64,000 nt of DNA, taken from the NCBI GenBank assembly GCA_003282885.1, contig QBYJ01000004.1, forward strand, positions 461-64,460, written 5' to 3'. The notes under the pieces are model-generated. The model searched no databases. It was not told the origin of the DNA and saw only the letters and a program-made list of their open reading frames with translations. The position numbers were made by a program, and so were the translations under genes. This document shows positions 49,848 to 59,749 of this stretch, piece after piece; position 1 is the stretch's first letter, and each line of letters opens with the position of its first letter. Origin of the DNA: SAR116 cluster bacterium AG-325-F22 (GTDB taxonomy: Bacteria > Pseudomonadota > Alphaproteobacteria > Puniceispirillales > Marisalimonadaceae).

Positions 49848-51344
49848 ATGAAACTTGTAGATCATTTAATTAATGGGCAGAATGCTGATTTTCCAAATTT
49901 ATCTTCTACACCTATATACAACCCAGCCTCAGGTGAAGAGATATCGCGTGTTGTCTCAGGAACTGCAAATTGTGTTGATCAAGCAGTTAAGTCAGCTCTT
50001 AATATTTTCCCTGAATGGTCAAGTATGACACCGTTAGTTAGATCTAGAAAGATGTTCAAGTTAAAGGAAATTATAGAATTACGACAAAATGAATTGGCCA
50101 AACTTATTTCACAAGAACATGGTAAAACTTTTGATGACGCACTGGGGGAAATTGGCAGGGGATTAGAGGTTGTGGAGTTTGCTTGTGGTATTCCTAATCA
50201 CTTAGCAGGCAATTATACAAGTAATGTTGGAAGGTCAATTGATAGTTGGTCTGATTATCAACCAATGGGAATATGTGCTGGAATTACACCTTTCAACTTT
50301 CCTATAATGGTTCCAATGTGGATGTTTCCAGTAGCCATTGCATGTGGAAATTGTTTTATACTTAAGCCATCAGAGAGAGATCCAAGTTCAACTAGATTGC
50401 TATCTGAAATAGTTCTTGAAGCCGGCATCCCTCCTGGAGTGCTTAATATGGTTAATGGTGGGAAAGATACTGTTGATGCTATTTTACAACATAAGGACAT
50501 AAGTGGTGTAAGCTTTGTTGGTTCTACACCTATTGCACAGTATGTTTACAGTGAAGCAGCTAAATATGGAAAAAAAGTTCAGGCTATGGGTGGTGCCAAA
50601 AACCATATGGTCGTTATGCCAGATGCTGATATGGAGATGGTAGGAGATGCTATTATGGGTTCTGTTTTTGGATCTGCAGGTGAGCGTTGTATGGCAATCT
50701 CAGTTGTAGTTCCTGTAGGTAAAGACACAGGCGATAAGATAAAAGAGATAGTTAAACCTAAGATTGAAAATTTAAAAATAGGTCCTGGACTTGATCCTGC
50801 TTCAGAAATGGGTCCATTGGTTACTTCTGATCATTTACAAAAAGTTAAAAGATATATCGACCAGGGTGTTGATGAGGGGGCTGACTTGGTTGTAGATGGA
50901 AGAAATTTGAAACTTCAAGGTTATGAAAATGGTTTTTTCATCGGCGGTTCCTTTTTTGATAATGTTACAATGGATATGTCTATTTATAAGGAAGAAATTT
51001 TTGGTCCTGTTTTATCAATGGTAAGAGCAGACACGTTCGATTACGCTCTTGATATAGTAAATAAGCATGAATACGGTAATGGAACAGCCATTTTCACTTC
51101 AAATGGTGGGGTTGCAAGACAGTTTGCAAATGAATGTCAAATTGGAATGGTAGGAATTAATGTGCCTATTCCTGTTCCTGTTGCTTATCATTCTTTTGGA
51201 GGCTGGAAAAGATCTGCTTTTGGTGGGCATGGAGTATATGGTATGGAAGCAGTAAGATTCTACACAAGACTGAAGACTGTGACTGGAAGGTGGCCTTCAG
51301 GTCAACATACAGGAGCGCAATATACCTTTCCAAGTAATAGTTAA
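49848..51344 (+). CDS. mmsA: CoA-acylating methylmalonate/malonate semialdehyde dehydrogenase
   Basis: ITPFNFP, KPSERDP, FVGST, GAKNH, GERCMA, INVPIPVP. Confidence 0.93.
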   Translation: MKLVDHLINGQNADFPNLSSTPIYNPASGEEISRVVSGTANCVDQAVKSALNIFPEWSSMTPLVRSRKMFKLKEIIELRQNELAKLISQEHGKTFDDALGEIGRGLEVVEFACGIPNHLAGNYTSNVGRSIDSWSDYQPMGICAGITPFNFPIMVPMWMFPVAIACGNCFILKPSERDPSSTRLLSEIVLEAGIPPGVLNMVNGGKDTVDAILQHKDISGVSFVGSTPIAQYVYSEAAKYGKKVQAMGGAKNHMVVMPDADMEMVGDAIMGSVFGSAGERCMAISVVVPVGKDTGDKIKEIVKPKIENLKIGPGLDPASEMGPLVTSDHLQKVKRYIDQGVDEGADLVVDGRNLKLQGYENGFFIGGSFFDNVTMDMSIYKEEIFGPVLSMVRADTFDYALDIVNKHEYGNGTAIFTSNGGVARQFANECQIGMVGINVPIPVPVAYHSFGGWKRSAFGGHGVYGMEAVRFYTRLKTVTGRWPSGQHTGAQYTFPSNS

Positions 51345-51919
51345 CTTTTTACCATTTCTGAAAAATCTTTTACTTCTGGTAGTGGCCATTTGTCGGTGTC
51401 ATTAGGGACCTTAAATACATTAAGTGTCATAGATATTAAACTGTAGTAGCCACAAATACCGACTATATCAATTGCTGCATTTTCTCCGAGTAAACCAACA
51501 AGTCTTTTGTACGTGTTGTCAGAAACATTTTTAAGAATATTAGCCTCTGCTGCAAAGTCAAATACTGCATTTTGTTCTGAATTTTCAAAGATTGGTTTTT
51601 TACCAAGCGAAATAGTTTCAACATGTTTTGGATCAATGCCTCCTTCAATAGCGAGGGGTGCATGATGCTCCCATTCAAATGCAGAAGACCAAACTCTTCC
51701 TGTTACAATTATAGCAAGTTCAGATAAACCTTTTGATAAGCACGTTCCATATCTTGCATATGCACCAACAGTTTGAGCACTTCTAGCAAGTCCAGGATTA
51801 TTTAACCATACTCTTAATGGCCCAACTACATGACCTCTAGGACCATTAATGATAGCGTCATGAATTTCTTTTTGTTCACTAGTTAAATCTTCCACTTTCC
51901 AGTCTTTAATACGTGTCAT
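51341..51919 (-). CDS. Carboxymuconolactone decarboxylase/AhpD-like protein
   Basis: 'GPRG...GP', 'ELAI', 'FEW.HH...A...G', 'GYYS'. Confidence 0.82.
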   Translation of the reverse strand: MTRIKDWKVEDLTSEQKEIHDAIINGPRGHVVGPLRVWLNNPGLARSAQTVGAYARYGTCLSKGLSELAIIVTGRVWSSAFEWEHHAPLAIEGGIDPKHVETISLGKKPIFENSEQNAVFDFAAEANILKNVSDNTYKRLVGLLGENAAIDIVGICGYYSLISMTLNVFKVPNDTDKWPLPEVKDFSEMVKS

Positions 51920-51931
51920 TTTATATCCTTT

Positions 51932-53080
51932 TTAAATTTCTATTAATTTATTCAATAATATTTCATCGCTATATTGCCATCCTAATAACGAAATACCCAC
52001 AGGACCAGTTTTATCTTTTAACTTTGGTATTGATATTTGTGGTCTTGAGGTCATGCCTGCAATTGAGGTTAACTGCATTAGTCTTTTTCTATAAAACCCT
52101 AAGCTTTCATCATCCTGACCACTTTTGGGAGCAGAAAATGGAGCTGTAGGGAACACCGCTATAGTACCTTCTGGCAAAGATTTTTTGATTTCATCTATAA
52201 GGTTTTCTCTAAATGTTAGAGCTTTACTAACTTCTATGTCTGTAATTTTAGAAGCCATATCAATTCTACTTTTAATTTCAGGAGATATTTTAGGTTTATT
52301 TTTTTCTATCCAAGGAATAATATTTATTTTAACTTCATTACCTTGAAGAACCCTAAAATTATCAGCGATAATATCTTTACTTATGTTAGATAAACGATTT
52401 TTATCAATACCTGGTAAATTATTCTTAATATAATTATTAAAATTTTCTTGGACTGCTGCATCACAAAGTTCTAAAAGATCTTCCGCTATAACAAATTGTC
52501 TGAAATTAATATTTGATTTATCCATTTTATCTAATAGTACTTCACCAACTTTTTGAAATATTCCTACACTATTAGCAAACCAACCCACTGTGTCAAAGCT
52601 AGGAGCCATTGGATAAACTCCTTCAGTGTTTATTCTATTGTGAGTAGGCCTCATTCCAATTAAACCGCAAAAAGATGCTGGTATCCTTACTGAGCCACCA
52701 GTATCAGAACCTATAGAAAAATCATAAAGGTCATTAGTAAGAGCTGCTGCTGACCCTGAGCTGGATCCACCAGGAACGCAAGAAGGTGCATTTAAATTAA
52801 TAGGAGTTCCGTAGTGACCATTTTCGCCAATTAAAGAATAAAAGAATTCATCGCAAACTGTTATACCCTTTAAAACAGATCCTTCATTAAGTAAATCTTT
52901 TAAAAATGGGGCATGATCATTGGCAAAATCACATTTTTTAAAAAAGTCTGGATTACCACATGAAGTTTTTAAATTTTTAACATCGCACATATCTTTGAGT
53001 ACGAATTTTAAATTACTCAACAGCCCGAATTCATTAAGATAAATGTCTTTCTTAGGTGAATGGGGCATTAAATAATTCAT
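51932..53080 (-). CDS. Amidase signature family protein
   Basis: KD, PGGSSSGSAAA, GSDTGGSVRIPASFCG. Confidence 0.92.
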   Translation of the reverse strand: MNYLMPHSPKKDIYLNEFGLLSNLKFVLKDMCDVKNLKTSCGNPDFFKKCDFANDHAPFLKDLLNEGSVLKGITVCDEFFYSLIGENGHYGTPINLNAPSCVPGGSSSGSAAALTNDLYDFSIGSDTGGSVRIPASFCGLIGMRPTHNRINTEGVYPMAPSFDTVGWFANSVGIFQKVGEVLLDKMDKSNINFRQFVIAEDLLELCDAAVQENFNNYIKNNLPGIDKNRLSNISKDIIADNFRVLQGNEVKINIIPWIEKNKPKISPEIKSRIDMASKITDIEVSKALTFRENLIDEIKKSLPEGTIAVFPTAPFSAPKSGQDDESLGFYRKRLMQLTSIAGMTSRPQISIPKLKDKTGPVGISLLGWQYSDEILLNKLIEI

Positions 53081-53157
53081 TTTTTATCCATTAAAAATAT
53101 ACTATTATATATTATTACTATCATTTAACTAATATTTATAAAGTGGATTAATTATAA

Positions 53158-53673
53158 ATGAATTTATATGATTATATTGAAGAAATTCCTGATTTTCCTG
53201 TAAAGGGCATATTATTTAAAGATATCAGTCCTTTATTAGCTAAAAATGAAGCAATAAATAAAGTTAAAACAGATTTTTTAAGCCTAATTAAACCTTACCA
53301 AGTTGATTTAATCGGTGGCTTAGATGCCAGAGGTTTTTTGTTTTCTACTTTAATTGCTGACGCTCTGGGTGTTGGTTCCTTCATGATTAGGAAAGAAGGC
53401 AAACTACCAGGAGGAGTTATTAGCAAAGAATATGAATTAGAGTATGGCGTATCAAAGCTTTCAATTAAAAAAAATTTAGATCTAAAAAATAAAAATATTA
53501 TTTTAATAGATGATTTACTCGCAACTGGCGGAACTTTAAAGTGCGCTGAAGATTTAATTTCATTTTCAAAAGGTACAGTTGTTTCTTCTTTGGTAGTAAT
53601 CGAATTAGTCGCTTTGTCTGGAAAAGATAAATTAAATTCTACTGTACATTCGTTGTTAAAATATGACACCTGA
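53158..53673 (+). CDS. apt: Adenine phosphoribosyltransferase
   Basis: PDFP..GI.FKDI, DARGF, RK.GKLP, Y.LEYG, IDDLLATGGT. Confidence 0.95.
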   Translation: MNLYDYIEEIPDFPVKGILFKDISPLLAKNEAINKVKTDFLSLIKPYQVDLIGGLDARGFLFSTLIADALGVGSFMIRKEGKLPGGVISKEYELEYGVSKLSIKKNLDLKNKNIILIDDLLATGGTLKCAEDLISFSKGTVVSSLVVIELVALSGKDKLNSTVHSLLKYDT

Positions 53674-54223
53674 TAAGTTGATTCCTAAAGATACCCTTAT
53701 TATTGTTGCTTTAGAGAGAGAATTACCAAAATCATTACTTCCTAACTGGAATATTGTCTATTCAGGTGTTGGTAAAGTTAACGCATCTTTTTCAGTTGTG
53801 AATGCTTACAACTCTTTTAAACCTAAAGTTATTATTAATTACGGTACTGCAGGGTCTTTAAATGAAAATTTAAATGGCTTGGTCCCAATTAACAGTTTTA
53901 AACAGAGAGATATGGATGTAAGGCCGCTAGGTTTTCAAATGGGAGAAACGCCCTATGATGAAATTAATACCATAACTTTGGATTATGAAGGTTATTCCTG
54001 TGGAACTGGAGATAATTTTGTAACTGGCAAACAGAAATTAGAAACTGATATAGTTGATATGGAAAGTTATCCTATTGCAAAATTCTGTTTACTCAACAAT
54101 TTATCTTTCTTTTGTTATAAATATATTTCTGATAATGCTAATAAAGATGCTGCGAATGATTGGGAGTTAAACATTCAAAAGGGAGCTGATTTATTCGTTA
54201 AATATATAGATAATTTTATTTAA
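53663..54223 (+). CDS. MTA/SAH nucleosidase-like (PNP/UDP family)
   Basis: GVGKVNA, NYGTAG, TGDNFV, DME, KYISD.AN. Confidence 0.85.
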   Translation: MTPDKLIPKDTLIIVALERELPKSLLPNWNIVYSGVGKVNASFSVVNAYNSFKPKVIINYGTAGSLNENLNGLVPINSFKQRDMDVRPLGFQMGETPYDEINTITLDYEGYSCGTGDNFVTGKQKLETDIVDMESYPIAKFCLLNNLSFFCYKYISDNANKDAANDWELNIQKGADLFVKYIDNFI

Positions 54224-54237
54224 TTGGGAGAAATAAA

Positions 54238-55071
54238 ATGGATTTTAATGAAAGCAACGCAACCGAAGCTGTTTTAGATAGCTTTTCTAAAATAAAAGAT
54301 AAAAGACTTAAGCAAATAATGAACTCCTTAATTACTCATCTTCATCAAGTTGTAAAAGAAGTTGAACCAACTGAAGATGAATGGATGAAGGCTATTATGT
54401 TTTTAACTAAAACAGGTCAGAAATGTGATGATAGAAGACAGGAATTTATACTTTTATCTGATGTCTTGGGAGTTTCAATGTTGCTAGACGCTATAAATAA
54501 TCGCAAGTCAAAGGATGAAACTGAAACTACTGTTTTAGGACCATTCCATGCACCGTCGCCGACAGTTGCTAACGGTGAAAATATAGCTAAAAGTGTAGTA
54601 GGAGATAATTGTATAGTTTCAGGTAATATTATGGATATAAATAAAAATCCGATACCAGGGGCATCAATTGAAGTTTGGCAATCAGGTCCTGACGGTTTAT
54701 ATGATGTTCAAAAAGATGGTGATGTGGTTGATTTAAGGGCTACATTGTTATCCCTTAAAGACGGATCTTATTTATTTAGAACAGTAAAACCTCAATATTA
54801 TCCAATACCAGTTGATGGTCCAGTAGGAGATCTTCTAAATAATCTGGATAGACACCCATATAGACCAGCACATATTCACTTTATGGTTAAAGCTGACGGC
54901 TACAAAGATCTTGTAACTCACGTATTCATAGACGGTGATAAATATTTAGAGAGTGATACTGTTTTTGCAGTGAAGAAGAGTTTAATAAGGCAGTTAGAAG
55001 AAGGTTTTGATGAAGATAATAACCAAAAATGCTATAATTTAAATTTTGATATCATTATGGAAAAAAATTAG
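54238..55071 (+). CDS. Intradiol ring-cleavage dioxygenase (hydroxyquinol 1,2-dioxygenase-like)
   Basis: 'RQEFILLSDVLG.S', GPF, 'G.YD', 'YPIP.DGPVG', 'RPAHIH'. Confidence 0.9.
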   Translation: MDFNESNATEAVLDSFSKIKDKRLKQIMNSLITHLHQVVKEVEPTEDEWMKAIMFLTKTGQKCDDRRQEFILLSDVLGVSMLLDAINNRKSKDETETTVLGPFHAPSPTVANGENIAKSVVGDNCIVSGNIMDINKNPIPGASIEVWQSGPDGLYDVQKDGDVVDLRATLLSLKDGSYLFRTVKPQYYPIPVDGPVGDLLNNLDRHPYRPAHIHFMVKADGYKDLVTHVFIDGDKYLESDTVFAVKKSLIRQLEEGFDEDNNQKCYNLNFDIIMEKN

Positions 55072-55099
55072 AAGGAATTATATTAAATTCCTTCTAATT
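55066..55099. terminator. Bidirectional terminator
   Basis: Perfect 14-bp inverted repeat AATTAGAAGGAATT / AATTCCTTCTAATT between convergent genes. Confidence 0.8.
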
Positions 55100-55107
55100 A
55101 AAACTTT

Positions 55108-55707
55108 TTAAAGTCTAGATGCAACATTTTCCCAGTTAACTAAATTATCTACAAAATTCTTTAAGTATACTGGTCTTTTGTTCCTAAAATCAATGTAGTA
55201 AGAATGCTCCCATACGTCACATCCTAATAATGCTGTTTGTCCAAAGCAAACAGGATTAACACCATTTTCTGTCTTAGTTACCTTAAGGCTGCCATCTTTA
55301 TCTTTAACTAACCAACACCAACCTGAACCAAATTGTGTTGCACCAGCGTTACAAAAATCTTCCTTAAATTTGTCTATGCTTCCAAAAGAGCTTGTTATAG
55401 CGTTTTCTAATTCAGACGGCATGCTAACCTTTGAAGGACCCATCATTTGCCAAAACTGTTCATGGTTCCAGTGTTGAGATACATTATTAAAAATACCGCT
55501 TTGAGCAACATTATTAGAATCATAAGTCCCAACAATAATCTCTTCTAAGCTTTTATTTTCCCACTCGGTACCTTTTAATAGGTTGTTTCCATTATCAACA
55601 TAGGCTTTATGATGAATATCGTGATGATATTCCATTGTTTCTTTACTCATGCCATGTTCAGATAAAGCATCTATGGCGTAAGGCAGGTCTGACAGTGCTA
55701 AACTCAT
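55108..55707 (-). CDS. sodB: Fe/Mn superoxide dismutase, probably Fe type
   Basis: HH..HH.AYV, 'Q.WNH..FW', FGSGW, DVWEHSYY. Confidence 0.93.
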   Translation of the reverse strand: MSLALSDLPYAIDALSEHGMSKETMEYHHDIHHKAYVDNGNNLLKGTEWENKSLEEIIVGTYDSNNVAQSGIFNNVSQHWNHEQFWQMMGPSKVSMPSELENAITSSFGSIDKFKEDFCNAGATQFGSGWCWLVKDKDGSLKVTKTENGVNPVCFGQTALLGCDVWEHSYYIDFRNKRPVYLKNFVDNLVNWENVASRL

Positions 55708-55839
55708 TTAATTCTCCTGAATAGTTTATTGTAGAAATAATTATAATTATAAATTTTACAAGTTAATTAATTATAAAATATTGATTTTAATATTTATAAA
55801 ATGTAATGCTTTCTTTGTAAATAATTTAGGAGGGGTTTT

Positions 55840-56823
55840 ATGAAACAAAGAGTTATTGAGCTTACAGATTTTGGTGTTGCGGAAAATATGCGTCCTATAG
55901 AGACAGATATTCCTTCTCCAGGTCCAGGCCAAATTGTTGTAAAAAATATTGCTATCGGACTAAATTATTTAGATACATATTTTAGAAGTGGACTATATCC
56001 GTGGCCTAATCAGGAAAAGGTTAAAATACCTGGTTCTGAAGGTGTAGGGCATATTTATTCAGTCGGTCAAGGTGTTACCTTCTTAAAAGAGGGTGATAAA
56101 GTATCATATGTTACTCCTGTTGGAGCTTATGCAGAGTACGCTCTGATAAATGCAGCTCATGCAGTTGAACTTAAAGTGGATGTTAATGATCATGATGTTG
56201 TTGCAAGTACACTCAAAGGTTTAACCACTCACTACTTGCTTCATTTAACATTTAAGTTAGAAAGTGGCATGACAGCTTTGGTACATGCTGCTGCAGGAGG
56301 CGTTGGCCAATTAATGGGGCAATGGGGACGTGAAATAGGTGCAACTATGATAGGAACTGTTGGTGGCCCGGAAAAGGCGGAAGCAGCTAAAAAAGCCGGT
56401 TATCATCATGTTATAGATTACAATGATAAAGATTTTGTAGCTGAAGTAATGTCTATTACAGACAACAAAAAATGTGATGTAGTGTATGATAGTGTTGCTA
56501 AGTCAGTTTTCCCAGGTTCAATGGATTGCCTTAAACCTAGGGGTTTATGGGCACTATTTGGTCAGGCATCGGGACCAATAGTTGATTTTAATCTAGCTTT
56601 ACTATCTGCTAAAGGTTCTCTTTTTGTAACAAGACCTACTTTATTCACTTATATTGCAAATAGAGAGGAATATAATGATGCTTCTTATCAACTCTACAGT
56701 AGAATTGCAGATGGAAGATTAAAAGTAGCTATTCATGATAAAATGCCGCTAGAAAAAATAGTTGAAGCTCATAACTTACTTGAAGGCAGAAAAACAAAAG
56801 GTGGCATAGTAATTACACTCTAA
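55840..56823 (+). CDS. qor: NADPH:quinone oxidoreductase
   Basis: 'N.LD.YFR.G.Y', G.EG.G, HAAAGGVG, VVYDSV, FGQASG, TRP.L. Confidence 0.9.
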   Translation: MKQRVIELTDFGVAENMRPIETDIPSPGPGQIVVKNIAIGLNYLDTYFRSGLYPWPNQEKVKIPGSEGVGHIYSVGQGVTFLKEGDKVSYVTPVGAYAEYALINAAHAVELKVDVNDHDVVASTLKGLTTHYLLHLTFKLESGMTALVHAAAGGVGQLMGQWGREIGATMIGTVGGPEKAEAAKKAGYHHVIDYNDKDFVAEVMSITDNKKCDVVYDSVAKSVFPGSMDCLKPRGLWALFGQASGPIVDFNLALLSAKGSLFVTRPTLFTYIANREEYNDASYQLYSRIADGRLKVAIHDKMPLEKIVEAHNLLEGRKTKGGIVITL

Positions 56824-56838
56824 AATAAGGATTAAATA

Positions 56839-57477
56839 ATGATAGACCTATATAGTTGGCAGACACCTAACGGTAGGAAAGTGTCTATAATGTTGGAAGA
56901 AATTGGAATTGATTATAATGTTTTTCCTATAAACATTGGAAAAGATGAACAATTCCAACCTCATTTTTTAGAAATATCACCAAACAATCGTATTCCTGCA
57001 ATTATTGACAGAGATAATAATAATTACTCACTATTTGAATCAGGTGCTATTTTAATGTACCTAGCTGAGAAAAGCGGAACACTAATAAACAAATCAAATA
57101 CTGATGAATATTATAGGACAATAGAGTGGCTTATGTGGCAAATGGGTGGAGTAGGCCCTATGTTTGGTCAGGTTCATCACTTTGTTAAATACAACAAGGG
57201 AAAGTCAGCATATGCTGAAGAAAGATATTCAAAAGAAGCCAGAAGACTATATGGTGTCATGGATAAGCGTTTAAGTGAAAATCCATACATAGCGGGTAAG
57301 GAATATAGCATTGCTGACATTTCTATATGGCCTTGGACAGCCAGATTTGACTGGCAAGAAATTGATTTAAATGAATTTCCTAACGTTACAAGATGGTATA
57401 AGGAAATGATTGACAGGCCTGCTGTACAAAAAGGTTGGCTTGTACCTCAAAATGATCAATTGATTCCATCCCCATAA
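56839..57477 (+). CDS. Nu-class GST / disulfide oxidoreductase (YfcG-like)
   Basis: TPNG.K, SPNNRIPAI.D, FESGAIL.YLA, WQMGG.GPM.GQ. Confidence 0.92.
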   Translation: MIDLYSWQTPNGRKVSIMLEEIGIDYNVFPINIGKDEQFQPHFLEISPNNRIPAIIDRDNNNYSLFESGAILMYLAEKSGTLINKSNTDEYYRTIEWLMWQMGGVGPMFGQVHHFVKYNKGKSAYAEERYSKEARRLYGVMDKRLSENPYIAGKEYSIADISIWPWTARFDWQEIDLNEFPNVTRWYKEMIDRPAVQKGWLVPQNDQLIPSP

Positions 57478-57492
57478 AGAAAAGAATATAAG

Positions 57493-58503
57493 TTGAAAAC
57501 TAAAGTCTCAATTGCAGGTTTAGGTTGGTGGGGAAAAGTTATGATTAAAAGATTATCTTCATCGTCTAAGGTAAAGATAGTTAACTTAATTGATCCTTAT
57601 CCTGATGAAGATGCAGTTAAACTTGCAGATGACAAAAATTTAAAAATTTTTACTGAGTTTGATGATGCATTTCAAGAAGAGACAATAGATGCAATCATAC
57701 TTTGTACCCCTAATTCATTTCATATGGATCAAACAATAAAAGTAGCAAACTTGGGTGTTCATGTTTTCTGTGAAAAGCCTCTGTCTTTAATATCATCAGA
57801 AGTAAAGAAAATGATAAATATGTGTAATGAGAATAAAGTCATACTCGGGGTTGGCCATGAAAGACGTTTTGAAAAAGGATGGCAAAAGCTTAAAGAAATA
57901 ATAAATAATAATTCTTTGGGTAATATTATGTATGCTGAAGGGCATTTTAGTCATAATAAATTGGCAAATCTTCCATTAGATAATTGGCGCACAGACCCAC
58001 AATATGCACCTGCTGCCGGTATGACTGGTATGGGCGTGCATTTAACTGATCTAATGATATGGTTGTTTGGTCCTGTAGAAAGTGTGTTTGCTTCAACTGC
58101 ACAAAGAACACTTAAGTACAAAACAGGCGACGTGGTTTCAGCAAGTCTTAATCATAAATCTGGACTTAGTACTCAAATAACAGCAATTCTTAAAACACCT
58201 CATTATCAAAGGATAACGATATGGGGTGAGAATGGGTGGGTAGAATTAGTTGATAGTTCACATCCAGATACTCCAGGACCTTCATTTATGAAGATTGTAA
58301 TGAATGACGGATCTGTTAAAGAGGAAAATTTTGAGTGGACGGACACAGTTTCTGCTAATATTAATAATTTTGTAGATACAATTAATAAAGAAGATGAATA
58401 TATATTTAAAGATATTGAAAAATTTCAAAATATCGCTGTTCTAGAAGCTATTTATCAATCAAGTTTATCTAAAAAATCTATTGATGTAGAAACTTTCAAT
58501 TAA
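57493..58503 (+). CDS. Gfo/Idh/MocA oxidoreductase
   Basis: GLGWWG, TP...H, CEKP, 'GVHLTD'. Confidence 0.88.
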   Translation: MKTKVSIAGLGWWGKVMIKRLSSSSKVKIVNLIDPYPDEDAVKLADDKNLKIFTEFDDAFQEETIDAIILCTPNSFHMDQTIKVANLGVHVFCEKPLSLISSEVKKMINMCNENKVILGVGHERRFEKGWQKLKEIINNNSLGNIMYAEGHFSHNKLANLPLDNWRTDPQYAPAAGMTGMGVHLTDLMIWLFGPVESVFASTAQRTLKYKTGDVVSASLNHKSGLSTQITAILKTPHYQRITIWGENGWVELVDSSHPDTPGPSFMKIVMNDGSVKEENFEWTDTVSANINNFVDTINKEDEYIFKDIEKFQNIAVLEAIYQSSLSKKSIDVETFN

Positions 58504-58511
58504 CATTTAAA

Positions 58512-59747
58512 TTATATATCTTTTAAATCCAGCTTTTCCATCGACAGTCTGTTTAAGGCAAGCATTAATGCTGTAATAAAAATACAGGTTAAAAATCCCC
58601 CAAACTGTATCGATAATCCTGACAATAAAGTGCCTATAAGCCTTCCAAAAGCATTGGACATATAATAAAAGCCTACATCAAGTGTCACTCTGTTTTTATC
58701 TGTATATTTTAATATTAAAAAAGAATGTAATGATGAGTTTACAGCGAACACAAATCCAAAAATGAAAAGAACAAATATAGTTATATAAAGCTTATACTCT
58801 TCAAAATATAAACTTAATAATATCAATATAATTGGGATGCCTATGAGCAAACTAGCCCAATACTTTGTTTGCTTACCAAGTAGTTCATTTTGAGATAAGA
58901 TTTTAGGTGTTACACCTTGTACAAAGCCATAAAAAATAGTCCATACAGCCATGAATGTTCCAATGACAAAGAAAGCTTTTTTATTATCATCAATTGATCC
59001 GTCAGACATCATAGAATATAAAAACACAGGAAGTCCAACAACTAACCACGTATCTCTGGCTCCAAATAAAAAAACTCTTCCAAAGCTAAGGTAATTTATA
59101 TTATTATTTTTTGAAAATACTTCTGAAAATTTTACGTCTTTTTTAATTTTTGAAAAATCATTATTTAAATAAACAAAAACGAGTATCAAAATTATTGAAA
59201 GTAATCCGGCCATTAATATCAAAGACAATTGAAAGCCTAAAAACGCAAGCAAAAGTGACCCAAGTAAAAAGCCAAATCCTTTAACTGCATTTTTAGATCC
59301 AGTCATTAGTGTAACCCACTGAAATAATTTGTTATTTTTATCAGGGGCTAATAATTTTACAGAACTTTTGGAGCTCATTTTAGTTAGATCTTTTGCTATG
59401 CCAGACAAACCTTGTGTAGCCATAACAAAAATAACTGATGAGGTTATACTCCAACTTTTATCAACTTGAGTTAAAAGTAATAATGAAACTATTTGTAAAA
59501 TCATCCCACTAAATAGCGTAATATTTAAACCAATTTTTCTTGCAATCCATCCTGCTGTTAGGTTTGTTACCATGCCAAAGAATTCGTATAATAAGAATAA
59601 ATAAGCTAATTGAAGTGGGCTAAAGCCAAGTGAATGAAAATGAAGAAGAACTAGCATTCTTAATGCCCCATCAGTAAGCATAAAGAACCAGTAAGATAAT
59701 GTTACTAGAACAAAAGAGACTTCATTATTATTTAGTGTTTTAATCAT
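58512..59747 (-). CDS. arsJ: Organoarsenical efflux MFS transporter ArsJ
   Basis: 'YW.F.LTDGALRMLVL.HF', 'LYEFFG.VTNL', 'SGIAKDL.KMS.KS', 'FLFGARD.W', 'VGFYYMSNA.GRL'. Confidence 0.92.
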   Translation of the reverse strand: MIKTLNNNEVSFVLVTLSYWFFMLTDGALRMLVLLHFHSLGFSPLQLAYLFLLYEFFGMVTNLTAGWIARKIGLNITLFSGMILQIVSLLLLTQVDKSWSITSSVIFVMATQGLSGIAKDLTKMSSKSSVKLLAPDKNNKLFQWVTLMTGSKNAVKGFGFLLGSLLLAFLGFQLSLILMAGLLSIILILVFVYLNNDFSKIKKDVKFSEVFSKNNNINYLSFGRVFLFGARDTWLVVGLPVFLYSMMSDGSIDDNKKAFFVIGTFMAVWTIFYGFVQGVTPKILSQNELLGKQTKYWASLLIGIPIILILLSLYFEEYKLYITIFVLFIFGFVFAVNSSLHSFLILKYTDKNRVTLDVGFYYMSNAFGRLIGTLLSGLSIQFGGFLTCIFITALMLALNRLSMEKLDLKDI

Positions 59748-59749
59748 TT

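Noticed and set aside
55725-55760. Possible Irr/Fur box upstream of sodB (TGTAGAAATAATTATAA)
   Set aside because: Several mismatches to TTTAGAA-N3-TTCTAAA in a very AT-rich context; not distinguishable from chance.
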